Shown here in pieces: positions 18,854 through 29,477 of a stretch of 64,000 nt of DNA. Source of the DNA: Candidatus Latescibacterota bacterium (GTDB lineage Bacteria; Latescibacterota; UBA2968; UBA8231). The stretch is from contig OY730476.1 of assembly GCA_963422735.1 (NCBI GenBank), forward strand, positions 2,720,001 through 2,784,000, read 5' to 3'. The notes beneath the pieces were generated by a model. The model was given only the letters and a program-made list of their open reading frames with translations. It was not told the origin of the DNA and made no database searches. How positions within the stretch are numbered: position 1 is the first letter of the stretch; every line of letters begins with the position of its first letter. A program made the translations under genes and the position numbers.

Positions 18854-19609
18854 TTGATCCATCGCAAGAAATCAAGCGAGATAGAGCACATTGCCGCTAG
18901 CTGCGAGATCGTCTTCGCCGTCCAGCAAAAGCTCGAAGCACTCATCGCGCCTGGCGTCAGCACCCTCGAGTTGGACCAAGTCGCCGAGGCCGACATCCGC
19001 TCCTTAGAGGCTGTGCCCGCCTTCAAGGGATACCACGGCTTCCCCTACTCGATCTGCACTTCAGTAAATGCCGCAATCGTACACGGGTTCCCCGACGAAA
19101 CCCCACTGCAAGAGGGCGACATCGTCAGCATTGACGTGGGTGCCCGCCTCGACGGCTACTATGGCGACGGGGCCTTTACCGTCGCAGTTGGCGCGATCAG
19201 CACCCAAGCGCAACACCTCATTGATGGCACCCGCGCCTGCCTCGCACAGGGCATTGACCGAGCGCGATCCGGCGGACGACTTTCCGACATCTCGCACGCC
19301 ATCCAGTGCCACGCCGAAAGTCAAGGGCTGGCCGTAGTGCGCGAGTACGGGGGCCACGGCATTGGCCGCGAGCTGCACGAGTCGCCCTATATCGAAAACT
19401 ATGGCCCGCCCGGCAAAGGTCCTCTGCTCAAGCCCGGGCACGTATTCTGTATCGAGCCAATCCTCTGCCTAGGCGACCCCCAAATCGACCATCTCGACGA
19501 TTGGACCACCCTTACCTCCGACCGCTCGCTCGCCGCCCACGCCGAGCACACTGTGGCCATTACTGAGGAGGGGCCGCGGATTCTGACTCTGCCCGCTGTG
19601 CCGGCATGA
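18854..19609 (+). CDS. map: Methionine aminopeptidase type I
   Basis: CTSVN..IVHG, DVG, GHGIG..LHE, IEP, AHAEHT. Confidence 0.95.
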   Translation: MIHRKKSSEIEHIAASCEIVFAVQQKLEALIAPGVSTLELDQVAEADIRSLEAVPAFKGYHGFPYSICTSVNAAIVHGFPDETPLQEGDIVSIDVGARLDGYYGDGAFTVAVGAISTQAQHLIDGTRACLAQGIDRARSGGRLSDISHAIQCHAESQGLAVVREYGGHGIGRELHESPYIENYGPPGKGPLLKPGHVFCIEPILCLGDPQIDHLDDWTTLTSDRSLAAHAEHTVAITEEGPRILTLPAVPA

Positions 19610-20364
19610 AGGTCACTTTCCTCGGCACCGGCACTTCTATCGGGGTGCCGCGCATCGGCTGCTACTGCCCGGTTTGCGCCTCGGACGACCCGAAAAACAA
19701 GCGCTTGCGTTGCGCCTTACACCTAGCACATCAAGGTCGATCAATCCTCGTAGATGCCGGCCCAGATCTCAGAACTCAAGCCCTGCGCTACCAGATCGAC
19801 CGCGTCGATTGCGTACTGTTGACCCACGGGCACGCAGATCATCTGCACGGCCTCGACGACGTGCGCTCCTATTGCTTCGACCGCGACCAGCCGCTGCCCT
19901 GCTATGCGGACCCGCACACCATTGTACGCATCGAGCGAGTCTTCGACTACGCCTTTGACAAAGACGCCCCCAGCGCGACGCCGCAGATCGCCCTGCGTCC
20001 GATTGCCGGGCCGTTCACAGCCTGTGGGATCGCCATCGAGCCACTCACCATCTATCACGGCCGCGCCCCGGTCCTAGCCTTCCGCATCGGCAACTTCGCC
20101 TACGCTACGGACACGAACTACATCCCAGAGACGGCAATGGCGCGGCTGCGCGGCCTAGAGGTTTTGGTCCTCGACGCACTGCGCCACAAAGAACATCCCA
20201 CCCATTTCAACGTCGAGCAGGCGTTGGCCATTGTCGCCGAACTCCAGCCTACTCGCACGTACTTCACGCATATAGCCCACGACCTCGACCACCATCAGAC
20301 CAATGCCGAACTCCCCCCAGGCGTGCAACTCGCCTACGACGGATTGGTGCTGGAGTTGAGATAA
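19606..20364 (+). CDS. MBL-fold metallo-hydrolase (PhnP-like)
   Basis: LGTGTSIGVP..GC.C.VC, THGHADHLHGLDD, AYDGL. Confidence 0.9.
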   Translation: MKVTFLGTGTSIGVPRIGCYCPVCASDDPKNKRLRCALHLAHQGRSILVDAGPDLRTQALRYQIDRVDCVLLTHGHADHLHGLDDVRSYCFDRDQPLPCYADPHTIVRIERVFDYAFDKDAPSATPQIALRPIAGPFTACGIAIEPLTIYHGRAPVLAFRIGNFAYATDTNYIPETAMARLRGLEVLVLDALRHKEHPTHFNVEQALAIVAELQPTRTYFTHIAHDLDHHQTNAELPPGVQLAYDGLVLELR

Positions 20365-20434
20365 AAAAACGAGGACGCCGCCGGCCTCCCGACGACATCC
20401 TCGCCTCAAGCAAAAAGCACTGTCCGGCTTTAGT

Positions 20435-22768
20435 TCAACACTTGGACCACCCGCAGTGCTTGCACAGCAGACAGCTACTCTCATACGATACCGTCGACCC
20501 ACACTCTGGACAAGTCGTCAGCGTCTTCGGCTCGCTGCTCTCGACAAAACTGGGCGGCGCGTCCTCGGAGGCGACAGCATCAAGCTGCTTGCCTGCCTTC
20601 CGCTGCAAATAGCGCTCCATCGCCTTGCCAATGGCGTCCGGCGTCGATAGCACGAGCTCGCCGTCTTCCCACACCGGACTCGGTCCCGAAATGCCCTTCA
20701 ACTGGCTAATGACTTCCTGCGGGTCAACGCCCGAGCGCAACGCGAGCGAAATTAGCCGACTGATGGCCTCGGACTGGGCAGCCGCATTGCCGCCCGCCTT
20801 GCCGATAGTGCTAAAGACCTCGCAGACCCCGTATTCGTCTTCGTTGATGGTTACATAGATCTTGCCCTCGCCGGTGTTGATCCGCTCGGTAATGCCCGTG
20901 GTGACGGCCGGGCGGCGGCGGCGGTGCCGAAAGCCATCCGGCCCCAAGGAATCCGGAGCTTCCTTATTGTCGGCTTGGCCTTCGGTCTGCAGGATGCCCT
21001 CGCGGCTGCCCTCGCGGTACACCGTAACGCCCTTGAGACCCTCCTTGTACGCGGTGATGTAGATGTCGGCGACCGTCTCTATAGCGATGTCTTTGGGCAG
21101 ATTGATCGTCGAAGAAATGCTGCTATCGGTGTATTTCTGGATCACGCCCTGCATCTTGACTCGGAAGTAGGGGTCAATTTCGTGGGCCGTCACGACGTAA
21201 TCGGGCAGGTCCTCGTCTCCGCCGAAGGCGCGCTGGATGAGCGGATGATAGACCTTGTATTCGCGGAAACTCTCGCCGTCGTCCTGCTTTACCCGGCGGG
21301 TGTAGCTAGTGCAGAAGATCGGCTCAATCCCCGAACTCGTCTGCGCCACAATGGAACCCGTGCCCACCGGCGGCATCGTAATCAAGGTGCAATTGCGCAG
21401 GCCGTGCTCGGCGATTTTATCTTGCAGCCCTTGGGGCAGGTTCTGGATGAATTTGCTCTGCTTGAGGCCCGCCCAGTCGAAAAGCGGAAAGGCCCCCTTT
21501 TCACGGGCCAATTCGACGGACATTTCATAGGCGTTGTGGCAGATGGTGGCCATAATGCGGTCGATTCGTGCCAAGGCCTCGTCCGAATCGTATTTGCTCT
21601 GCATCAGGACCAACGCGTCGGCCATGCCGGTGACGCCCAAACCCACCCGGCGATCAGAGGCTACGGCTTCCCGAATTTTGGGCAAGGCATGGTTATCCAC
21701 GTTGTAATCAATGACGTTGTCCAAAAAGCGGGTCGCCACGCGAGCGGCCTGCCCCAACTCCTCGTAGTCGAGCTCGCCGTCGGCACGGACGAAGTTCACC
21801 AAATTGAGATTGCCTAGGTTGCAGGCCGTGTACGACGCCAGCGGCTGCTCGCCGCAGGGGTTGGTGCTAGTGAGCGGATTGGCGTATTCGACATTGTGAT
21901 ACTCGCGCATCGTATCCCAAAAAATAATCCCCGGCTCGGCGCTAGCATGGGCATTGGCGATGATCTTGTCCCACAATTGGCGCGCCTTGACCGTGCGGAA
22001 TACCTTGCCATCCCAGCGCAGGTCAAAGTCCGAGTCGGCCAACACAGCCTGCATGAACTCGTGGGTAATCAGCACGCTGATGTTGGCGTACTGCACTTTG
22101 GCCCGGTTGGCGTCGTTCTTGATGGTGATGAAGTCTTCAATATCGGGATGATCAACCCGCAAGGTCAGCATCAGGGCACCGCGGCGGCCGGCTTGGGAGA
22201 CGGCATTGGTGCTCTCGGAGAGCAGGTTCATAAAGGCGGTGCAACCCGGCGAGGCATCCACCGTGGCGTTGACCGTGGCCCCGTGTGGCCTGAGAATCGA
22301 CAAATCCGTGCCGACGCCGCCGCCCGTGCGGTACACCATCGCCGACTCACTCAGACAGCGATAGATACCCTCTAGGCTATCCTCTTCGATGGGAATGACA
22401 TAGCAGTTGGACAGCGTCGGCTTGCGCCTAGCTTCGTCGCGGCCGGCCCCGTGCATAACGCGCCCGCCGGGGATGAACTTGAAGTCCATCAACAGCGAGA
22501 AGAAGCGGTCGTACCAGTACTGGGGCTCCTTCTCTACTGAGGCCATGGCTCGGGCGATGCGGTCCCAGATGTGTAGCGGCCCGATCTCGCCGGGTGCCAA
22601 GTACTTGTTGTGCAAAACGTCGATGGCGAGGTCGTTGTCCCCGTAATAGGTCTTAGCATCGGCAGCGCGAGCCAAGAGAGCGTCGTGGCCGTTGCGCTTG
22701 AGACCGTGGTCTTCAAGCTGCGCCAGCATATCTTCAAAGCGGTGTGCGACTACGCGTTCGGGTTCCAT
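20435..22768 (-). CDS. nrdJ: Adenosylcobalamin-dependent (class II) ribonucleotide reductase with C-terminal TSCPD-like domain and Zn ribbon
   Basis: TLSNCY, RRGALM, TNPCGEQP, SSGIEP, SISSTIN, LKGVTVYR; terminal CPECG...CKHCGWSKC. Confidence 0.93.
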   Translation of the reverse strand: MEPERVVAHRFEDMLAQLEDHGLKRNGHDALLARAADAKTYYGDNDLAIDVLHNKYLAPGEIGPLHIWDRIARAMASVEKEPQYWYDRFFSLLMDFKFIPGGRVMHGAGRDEARRKPTLSNCYVIPIEEDSLEGIYRCLSESAMVYRTGGGVGTDLSILRPHGATVNATVDASPGCTAFMNLLSESTNAVSQAGRRGALMLTLRVDHPDIEDFITIKNDANRAKVQYANISVLITHEFMQAVLADSDFDLRWDGKVFRTVKARQLWDKIIANAHASAEPGIIFWDTMREYHNVEYANPLTSTNPCGEQPLASYTACNLGNLNLVNFVRADGELDYEELGQAARVATRFLDNVIDYNVDNHALPKIREAVASDRRVGLGVTGMADALVLMQSKYDSDEALARIDRIMATICHNAYEMSVELAREKGAFPLFDWAGLKQSKFIQNLPQGLQDKIAEHGLRNCTLITMPPVGTGSIVAQTSSGIEPIFCTSYTRRVKQDDGESFREYKVYHPLIQRAFGGDEDLPDYVVTAHEIDPYFRVKMQGVIQKYTDSSISSTINLPKDIAIETVADIYITAYKEGLKGVTVYREGSREGILQTEGQADNKEAPDSLGPDGFRHRRRRPAVTTGITERINTGEGKIYVTINEDEYGVCEVFSTIGKAGGNAAAQSEAISRLISLALRSGVDPQEVISQLKGISGPSPVWEDGELVLSTPDAIGKAMERYLQRKAGKQLDAVASEDAPPSFVESSEPKTLTTCPECGSTVSYESSCLLCKHCGWSKC

Positions 22769-22919
22769 TCATGCCCTCCCTTTGAAGCAAAAAAATCCAT
22801 GGGCGACGTGGTAAAACATCGCCAAAAATAGAAAATCGGGTTAATTACTGTTAGAGTTAGGGAAGAGAACAAAAAGTGCAGCCTTGAAATACACTATCTC
22901 AGGGCTGCACACTCGTCGG

Positions 22920-22935
22920 ACACAAGATGTTGTGT
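22920..22935. promoter_or_regulatory. NrdR box upstream of nrdJ
   Basis: ACACAAGATGTTGTGT matches the NrdR palindrome acaCwAtATaTwGtgt and lies between nrdR and nrdJ. Confidence 0.75.
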
Positions 22936-23046
22936 CGCGGCTAAAGGTAGAAACGACGTGCGTATTTGTCAAGGTAAATTATCTGGTCCAGAGCAGTTTC
23001 TTTTTAATCCGGTTGCGATGCGCTAAAAAGCGCATCAACCTCTTAG

Positions 23047-23499
23047 TTATTTATTGGCTAGTTGCTCCAATTCACGCATGAAATCGCTCTTGTCTTTGAA
23101 CTGGCGATAGACCGAAGCAAAACGCACATACGCGACGTCGTTGAGCTGGCGCAAATGCTCCATGACGCGCTGGCCGATCTGTTTGGAGGGAATTTCCTTC
23201 ACGTTGAGGCTACCCACTTCGGCCTCGACCTGATCGACGAGTTGCTCAATCGCCTCGGCCGATATGGTCGTCTTGTAACAGGCTATCTGAATCTTGTCGA
23301 GCAGTTTGCTGCGATCGAAAGGCTCCCGTCGGCCATCAGCTTTGATAACGGAGAGAGGCACGTTTTCGATGTATTCATAGGTTGTGAAGCGCTTGGCACA
23401 GCTTATGCACTCGCGACGACGACGGATCGCCATACCTTCGCGGCACGACCGCGAATCCACCACCCGATCTTCTTCACAATTACAATAAGGACACCTCAT
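23047..23499 (-). CDS. nrdR: Transcriptional repressor NrdR
   Basis: MRCPYC...DRVVDSR...IRRRREC..C.KRFTTYE; VAYVRFASVY. Confidence 0.97.
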   Translation of the reverse strand: MRCPYCNCEEDRVVDSRSCREGMAIRRRRECISCAKRFTTYEYIENVPLSVIKADGRREPFDRSKLLDKIQIACYKTTISAEAIEQLVDQVEAEVGSLNVKEIPSKQIGQRVMEHLRQLNDVAYVRFASVYRQFKDKSDFMRELEQLANK

Positions 23500-23553
23500 A
23501 GACTTCCTCCCACTAGTTTGTTCAGACTTTGTGCTAGGAAGATAGGGCAACCG

Positions 23554-24210
23554 TTAGTTGAGCCTGAAGGTGAAGGGCAGGCTAACCCAGACCTTGACCG
23601 GCCTGTCGTTTTGCATCGCCGGCGTAAATTCCGACTGAAGAGCTGCGGCTTTGGCGACCTCGTGGAAAACCTTGGGGCCAGTAATCTTGCCAATCTGCTC
23701 AACCTTGCCGCCTTTGCCGACTAGCGCCGTGACAAACACCTTGCCGGTGATGTTGGCCTTCTGGGCGGTAGCCGGATACTTCGGCTTTACTTTTTTGATG
23801 ATCACGGGCTGCTTCTCGACCCGCCACAACTCGACGATCTCTTCTTCCTCTTCCAGCTCGACTTTCTCAACCACCTCTTCCTCCAACGGCGGTGGCGGTG
23901 CCAAATCGTCGAGACCGAGGTCGAGATCGGTGTCCTCAATGGTCACGTCATCCGGGACATCCGGGTTGTCGGTAGGCACGGGCACTACCGGCCGGGCTGG
24001 CGGTGGAGGCCGGCGTTCCTGTTTAGTCTCGGGGATTTCTTCGAGTTGAATGATAATCGGCTCTTCGGATTTGGCGTAGGCTTCGGGCTCGAAGGTGGGG
24101 AAGAGGACAAAGAGGGCCACGTGCAAGAGGGTAGAAAGCCCCGTGCAGGCCCATAACGTCTTCCGGTACGTCAATCGCAGGTTGGCTTCAGGCTGCTTGC
24201 CGCGAATCAT
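23554..24210 (-). CDS. tonB: Energy transducer TonB
   Basis: TM with SxxLH, Pro-rich linker, PKYP..A, FTPAMQNDRPVKVW. Confidence 0.9.
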   Translation of the reverse strand: MIRGKQPEANLRLTYRKTLWACTGLSTLLHVALFVLFPTFEPEAYAKSEEPIIIQLEEIPETKQERRPPPPARPVVPVPTDNPDVPDDVTIEDTDLDLGLDDLAPPPPLEEEVVEKVELEEEEEIVELWRVEKQPVIIKKVKPKYPATAQKANITGKVFVTALVGKGGKVEQIGKITGPKVFHEVAKAAALQSEFTPAMQNDRPVKVWVSLPFTFRLN

Positions 24211-24620
24211 CAGTCCTGCTCCCGTTTGGTGGAGAAGTTGACCCGCAGAGCCTCAACCTTGCGCAACTCCTCCATGACATCGGAAATCACCCCGAATTCG
24301 GAATCCTTATCGCCCCGCAACGAGATGATCAACCGAGGATTGGCCGTCAGGTACTTATGCACCAGCTTGCCCACTTCGGAAAGCGGTATGTTCCGGTCTT
24401 CGATATTGACGACTCCCTCGCTATTGACCCAAACCTGCAATACGTTGCGGCGACTTTCGAGTTTCTCAATTTTTTCGGCCTCTGGCAGCTCCACCGGTAC
24501 GCCCCTATAGCGCACAAAAACCGTCGAGACCATAAAAAACACGAGAAGCAAAAAGGATATATCGGCCATAGAGGCCGTGGGAATAACGCCAACTACTTTG
24601 GCTTTGCGTGCGAATTTCAT
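24210..24620 (-). CDS. exbD: Biopolymer transporter ExbD
   Basis: IPTASMADISFLLLVFFMV. Confidence 0.9.
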   Translation of the reverse strand: MKFARKAKVVGVIPTASMADISFLLLVFFMVSTVFVRYRGVPVELPEAEKIEKLESRRNVLQVWVNSEGVVNIEDRNIPLSEVGKLVHKYLTANPRLIISLRGDKDSEFGVISDVMEELRKVEALRVNFSTKREQD

Positions 24621-24623
24621 CGG

Positions 24624-25037
24624 CTATTCTTCCGGGTTGGCAATCGAGATTTTGGTGGCCCCGGCCAGTTTGAGCTCGTCTAGTACATCAACGAAGGTCC
24701 GATAGGTGGCCCCGCGCTCGGTCTTGAGCGAGACGATCAGATTCTCGTTTTCCCGCAGACGCCCTTCAATTCGTCCCTTGAACTCGGCAAACGGCACTGG
24801 CGTTAGCTGGTCATTCTCAAAAAAGGCGACCTGATCGCGGGCGTTAATCCACACGTTGAGAATATTCTTTTCTCGTACTTCCTTGGTCTCGCCCACCGGC
24901 GGCAAATGCAACGAGAGGCCCTTGTCTTGGTTCATGGTGGTCGTGACGAGGAAGAACACGATTAGCAAAAAGGCGATATCCGCCATCGAAGCCGTGGGGA
25001 TTTCCGGGGAAACCCGACTCTGGCGCCTCCCGATCAC
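24624..25037 (-). CDS. exbD: Biopolymer transporter ExbD (second paralog)
   Basis: IPTASMADIAFLLIVFFLVTT. Confidence 0.9.
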   Translation of the reverse strand: MIGRRQSRVSPEIPTASMADIAFLLIVFFLVTTTMNQDKGLSLHLPPVGETKEVREKNILNVWINARDQVAFFENDQLTPVPFAEFKGRIEGRLRENENLIVSLKTERGATYRTFVDVLDELKLAGATKISIANPEE

Positions 25038-25039
25038 GT

Positions 25040-25657
25040 CTAGGCTCCTTGGTGCTGGCGCTCGGCCAATAGGTCGATGAAGTTGGCCGTCTGTTCGGTC
25101 ATGTCGGCGATGATCCTGTCAATGCGATTGGCGCAGAAGTTATAGCAAAACTGGATCAGGATGCCCACGATCAGACCCGCAGCCGTGGTGATTAGGGCCT
25201 CGGAAATACCACCCGCGACCATGGAAGGCTCGACATCGCCGGCTTCCTTGATCGTCTGAAAGGCGTTGATCATACCGCTGACCGTGCCCAAAAAACCTAT
25301 CATCGGTGCCAAGTTAGCCACTGTCGAGAGCCAGACCATGCCGCGCTCGAGAAAGGCCATTTCTACTGCGCCGGAATTGTCAATGGCTTTCTCGACGTGG
25401 TCGATGCCGCGCTCCAAGCGCAGAAGCCCAGCGTGGATGACTGAGGCAACCGGACCGCGCGTATTCGAGCAAAGCTCAGCCGCGGCGTCGGCCCCCCCGC
25501 TTTTGAGTGCATCTTCGAGGCTCGTGAAGAAATTCGCAGCGTCAACCGACGACCGCGACAGATTGTACAGGCGCTCAATAGCTACGGCAACGCCGATGAT
25601 GAGCAGAATGAGTAGAGGATACATCGCCCACCCACCGTCTTGAAAAAGCTCTATCAT
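25040..25657 (-). CDS. exbB: MotA/TolQ/ExbB proton channel
   Basis: APMIGFLGTVSGMI, GISEALITTAAGL. Confidence 0.92.
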   Translation of the reverse strand: MIELFQDGGWAMYPLLILLIIGVAVAIERLYNLSRSSVDAANFFTSLEDALKSGGADAAAELCSNTRGPVASVIHAGLLRLERGIDHVEKAIDNSGAVEMAFLERGMVWLSTVANLAPMIGFLGTVSGMINAFQTIKEAGDVEPSMVAGGISEALITTAAGLIVGILIQFCYNFCANRIDRIIADMTEQTANFIDLLAERQHQGA

Positions 25658-25712
25658 TTTTTCTCCTCGCGATTATTAATGTTAGTCCCGGCCCAACAGA
25701 CCGGAGCGGTGC

Positions 25713-26876
25713 TTAGTTTTGCTCCTCTTGTGCCTCTTCTCCACCGAAGAACTGCCGCTTGAGCTTTTCTTCCTCGGTCTCGGGCGGCCGGAGCTGCCAG
25801 ATGCGCTGCTGGGCCACCTTCTCCCAAGCTGGATCGGCTTTGGCTTTCTCAAAGGCGACGATGGCCCCTTCCTCGTCACCTTCCCTCACCAGATTGTCGC
25901 CCTTGAGCAGCAGTAGGTGTGCATCATCGGAATTTCCCTGCAGCCCCCGGTCCAACCACGTTTTTGCCGAGGCGAACTCGCCGCGTCCTTGGTGCCATTC
26001 CACTAGTTCAGCTATGCTCTGCAAATCCTTGGGATCGGCCTCGACCATGCCCTTGAGGCCCTTGAAGTGCATGGGGTCGTCGCCCTCTTCAGAGGCGATT
26101 GATGCGATGCGGTTGTAATAGGAATAGGCGTTCTGCGAATCCACCCTCGCTAGTTCCAACAGCGAGCCGTAGGCCCCTTTGACATCGCCGATCTCTAACT
26201 GCAGCTCGACGATGCTCTCTAGTTGGTCAGCACCGCCCGCCCCACCCTCAACTTGGCGGTGGCGCCACGCAAGAGCCTGCTCCATCTGCCCCAGCTCTTG
26301 GTGCAACACCGCAAGTATTTCAAATAGCTCGGCATCCTCGCTCCCGTCCGCAGCCAACTGTTCGTAGTGGGCGACAGCTCGCTCGTTGTGGCCTTCGCGG
26401 CGATAGAGGTCAGCTAGCTTGCGACGGTGCTCGGCCGCGTTCGGCTTTTTGAGCAGTGCGCGTTCTAAGCTCCAAGCAGCCGAATCGGAAGAGTCTGCTT
26501 GATATATCGAATAGAGAAGCAGGTTGGAATTCAGGTGCAGCGAATCGATGCTGACCGCCTGGCGCAGTGCTATGCGTGCGCCGGCGAAATCCTTTTTTTC
26601 GTAATACACCTTCCCCAAGAAGTAGGCGGCCTGCAAGTCTTGGGGACTATATTGCAGAAGAGTCGTGTAATAGCCTATGGCCCTGTCGTACTCTTTGCCT
26701 TGGCGGGCCGTCTTGGCTAAGTATTTGTACTTGCGGATTGAATCGGCTATTGCAACCTCCTGCGCTTTGGCCTCAGTACCCTGCTGGGTAAACGTGGAGC
26801 CGCTTTGTCCCGGCCCGCCACACCCCATCCAGCCGATAGCCAGTACTATGAATCCGAGCGCGATGTGCCGTTTCAT
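25713..26876 (-). CDS. TPR-repeat lipoprotein heading the ExbBD-TonB operon
   Basis: Lipobox-like WMGC; multiple TPR-like helices. Confidence 0.75.
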   Translation of the reverse strand: MKRHIALGFIVLAIGWMGCGGPGQSGSTFTQQGTEAKAQEVAIADSIRKYKYLAKTARQGKEYDRAIGYYTTLLQYSPQDLQAAYFLGKVYYEKKDFAGARIALRQAVSIDSLHLNSNLLLYSIYQADSSDSAAWSLERALLKKPNAAEHRRKLADLYRREGHNERAVAHYEQLAADGSEDAELFEILAVLHQELGQMEQALAWRHRQVEGGAGGADQLESIVELQLEIGDVKGAYGSLLELARVDSQNAYSYYNRIASIASEEGDDPMHFKGLKGMVEADPKDLQSIAELVEWHQGRGEFASAKTWLDRGLQGNSDDAHLLLLKGDNLVREGDEEGAIVAFEKAKADPAWEKVAQQRIWQLRPPETEEEKLKRQFFGGEEAQEEQN

Positions 26877-27312
26877 CTTGCCTCTCTCGTGCTATTTGAG
26901 GGGTTCCAGTTCAAATTTATTGCCCCTGTGGTTGAAAACAAAATTAAGGCGCAGATCATTGAAAAGGATATGCATCAGATTACATTTCACGGTGAGCAAT
27001 CCTCGATATGGCTACGGTCTCCGAGCCACGACAATTCGCGGTTCATTATCATTGCTTAAAGCAGCCTTCGTAGAGCCGTCAAAATATGGATTTACTGTTT
27101 GGGATGCAACTTCAAAGGCCACTTAGATTTTTAAAATAGTAACTGTGTTACATTCTTTCGGCTCGCCTCGCGTCTGCAGATTGACAAGTATTTATTTTTA
27201 ATGCACTTTTTCATTAAATATGGCAATATGGCGACGAGCGCGTTTATCCGAGCTACCGCCATCTTTACTTCGCCGGACTCGAGCGGTGGGGGCTAACCTG
27301 AGAGTAGAAGCC

Positions 27313-28167
27313 TTGAACTGGTTTGAAAAAATGAAAACGGGGATCAAGTCCCTAATAAAGCGCGAAATTCCCCAAGGTATTTGGATCAAGTGCAAAAAGT
27401 GTAGCCGCTCCAACTACGAGGTGGCCCTGCGACGCAGACACTGGATTTGCCCGGAGTGCTCCTTCCACTATCCCATCGGCCCGCAGCAATACATTGACAT
27501 CCTCGTTGATGACGGCACCTTTGCCGAAATTGACCCGGACGTGATGCCCGTTGACCCACTCAAGTTCAAAGGCTATAAGGACAAAATCAAGAAGGGGCGG
27601 CGCGAAAGCGGCACTAAGGAATCAGTGTGCATCGGCGTCGGCCAGATCGACGGGCAACCCATTGCCCTCGCAGTTATGGACACACGCTACCTCATGGGCA
27701 CTTTGGGCGGCGCGACCGGCGAAAAGATCTGCCGCCTCATCGACCGCGCCATTGCCGAGCACCGCACCCTAATCGTCATCTGCCAGTCGGCTGGGGCCAG
27801 AATGCAGGAGAGTGCCTATTCTCTGATGCAGATGGCCCGAATCAGTGCCAAGCTCAACCAGCTTTCCCAAAACGGCTTGCTCTACATCGCCATTCTCACC
27901 GACCCGACCTACGGAGGGGTTACCGCCAGCTTCGCCATGCTCGGCGACATCTCCCTGGCCGAACCAGGAGCGCGCATTGGGTTTGCCGGGCCAGCCGTCA
28001 TCCAGCAATTCCTCGGCACGGAGGCCCCTTTTCCCGCGGGCTTTCAGAAAGCCGAGACCGTCCTCGAACACGGCTTCATCGACCGCATCGTCCCGCGCGA
28101 TCGCATGGCGGCGGAACTAGCGTGCTTGATCGCACTTTTGGTACCGAAGACTGCCAGCCACGCCTAG
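27313..28167 (+). CDS. accD: Acetyl-CoA carboxylase carboxyltransferase beta subunit
   Basis: WIKCKKC...CPEC Zn finger, GARMQE, PTYGGVTASFA, GFQKAE..LEHG; start uncertain (TTG 27313 or ATG 27331). Confidence 0.93.
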   Translation: MNWFEKMKTGIKSLIKREIPQGIWIKCKKCSRSNYEVALRRRHWICPECSFHYPIGPQQYIDILVDDGTFAEIDPDVMPVDPLKFKGYKDKIKKGRRESGTKESVCIGVGQIDGQPIALAVMDTRYLMGTLGGATGEKICRLIDRAIAEHRTLIVICQSAGARMQESAYSLMQMARISAKLNQLSQNGLLYIAILTDPTYGGVTASFAMLGDISLAEPGARIGFAGPAVIQQFLGTEAPFPAGFQKAETVLEHGFIDRIVPRDRMAAELACLIALLVPKTASHA

Positions 28168-29477
28168 AAGTTCTGTCCTAGGCTTAGCCAGATATCCATT
28201 TGCTCGTCGGCGACGCCCGTACCCATGCGGATCACGAGATCCGCATCCCAGACCATTCGCACCCCCGCGCCGCCGCTGACGTGCATACCCGACCACCCGA
28301 TCTGATCCAAATCGGGCCATACCCGGCCCGAATCGAAGAAGACCATCCCCTGCCACTCTATGTACTGCCCGTAAAACCAGATATCGTACAGTTGGTAACG
28401 CAATTCGACATTGGAGAAAAAGCGCACATCGTCTGTAAACCGCTGGGTGTCGAAACCCCGCAGCGAATCGCTGCCGCCCAACCCCTTGACCCGGCGACTG
28501 CCCCCAATCTCGCCATAGGCGTAGAGGGGGACTTCGCCACTGAGTACCTCTAGCACGAGACGATAGGAGAAATTTACCCGAGGCGAGAGCGGGATGTAGT
28601 AGGCGTTGGTCAGGGTCACGCGGCTAAAATCAATAGGCTCGAAGAACAGCGCCAGCAGCGAGTTCCGCGCCGACTCGTATGACCATTCCTGAAAGAAGCC
28701 GCGCCGCGGCACCACTTCGTCGTCGCGGGTATCCCACTGGAGAGACGCACTGATAAACCCCGCAAACCCGTCTATCACTCCGTCTGGGGTGCCCCGCTCT
28801 AAATAAAATGCCTGTGTCCCCCGCTGGTCCACATCGACGCGCTCCAGCCCAAAACCGACCGACATGGATACCGGACCGTACAACTGGCGAAAAAGGCTCA
28901 CCAATATCCGCGGGTTTCTTTCTAGAATGTAGTAGTAGTAGTTCTCGTCTTTGAAATCAGCGCTATTAGGCTTGATGAAGTCTCGATTGAATGCGCTGTC
29001 GTTGCCCAACCCATAGTAGCGCGTACGCAGATTGCGCTCGCGGACTAACTCTAGCTCCAAGCCGAAACCCGTCCCCGAAATCCGGGGGACCTTCAATCGC
29101 ACACGGTTTTTTAATTTTCCCTCAGAGGACTGCTGTACGTGCAGGGTCAGCTTGTAGAGATAGGGCTGATGCCGATAGTCGGCCCAATGTACACGTGCTC
29201 CCCAATTCCAGCCCGTGTTGGGGCTGAGAAAGGCGAAAGGAAGGCCGGTTACGCCGTAGGGAATGCCCCGCAAGGTAAACTGGCGTCGCTTTGCCATCCA
29301 GCGCACGGCTTCCACGGTCTGCTCGGTCGCCGACCGCGAGACTTTAGCCAGCAACGGGGACGAAGGCTGGCTGTGGGTGGAATCGACGCGAACCTCTTCC
29401 CCGCCCCACGCGCCCTCTGCGAACAATAGGACGCCGATACAACCGCCGTTTGTGAGAAGCCGCTTAACCACGACCAC
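28164..29477 (-). CDS. Omp85/BamA-TamA family barrel protein without POTRA domains
   Basis: DTRD, LRGF (Omp85 RGY/F motif), FFDSGRVW, GAGVR, C-terminal GQNF. Confidence 0.8.
   Translation of the reverse strand: MVVVKRLLTNGGCIGVLLFAEGAWGGEEVRVDSTHSQPSSPLLAKVSRSATEQTVEAVRWMAKRRQFTLRGIPYGVTGLPFAFLSPNTGWNWGARVHWADYRHQPYLYKLTLHVQQSSEGKLKNRVRLKVPRISGTGFGLELELVRERNLRTRYYGLGNDSAFNRDFIKPNSADFKDENYYYYILERNPRILVSLFRQLYGPVSMSVGFGLERVDVDQRGTQAFYLERGTPDGVIDGFAGFISASLQWDTRDDEVVPRRGFFQEWSYESARNSLLALFFEPIDFSRVTLTNAYYIPLSPRVNFSYRLVLEVLSGEVPLYAYGEIGGSRRVKGLGGSDSLRGFDTQRFTDDVRFFSNVELRYQLYDIWFYGQYIEWQGMVFFDSGRVWPDLDQIGWSGMHVSGGAGVRMVWDADLVIRMGTGVADEQMDIWLSLGQNF

Noticed and set aside
26880-27310. AT-rich 430-bp gap as an sRNA or small-ORF locus
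   Set aside because: Only short ORFs without convincing RBS and no strong structure; consistent with divergent promoters (a GTAAC-N3-GTTAC palindrome near 27139 was noted but not assignable).
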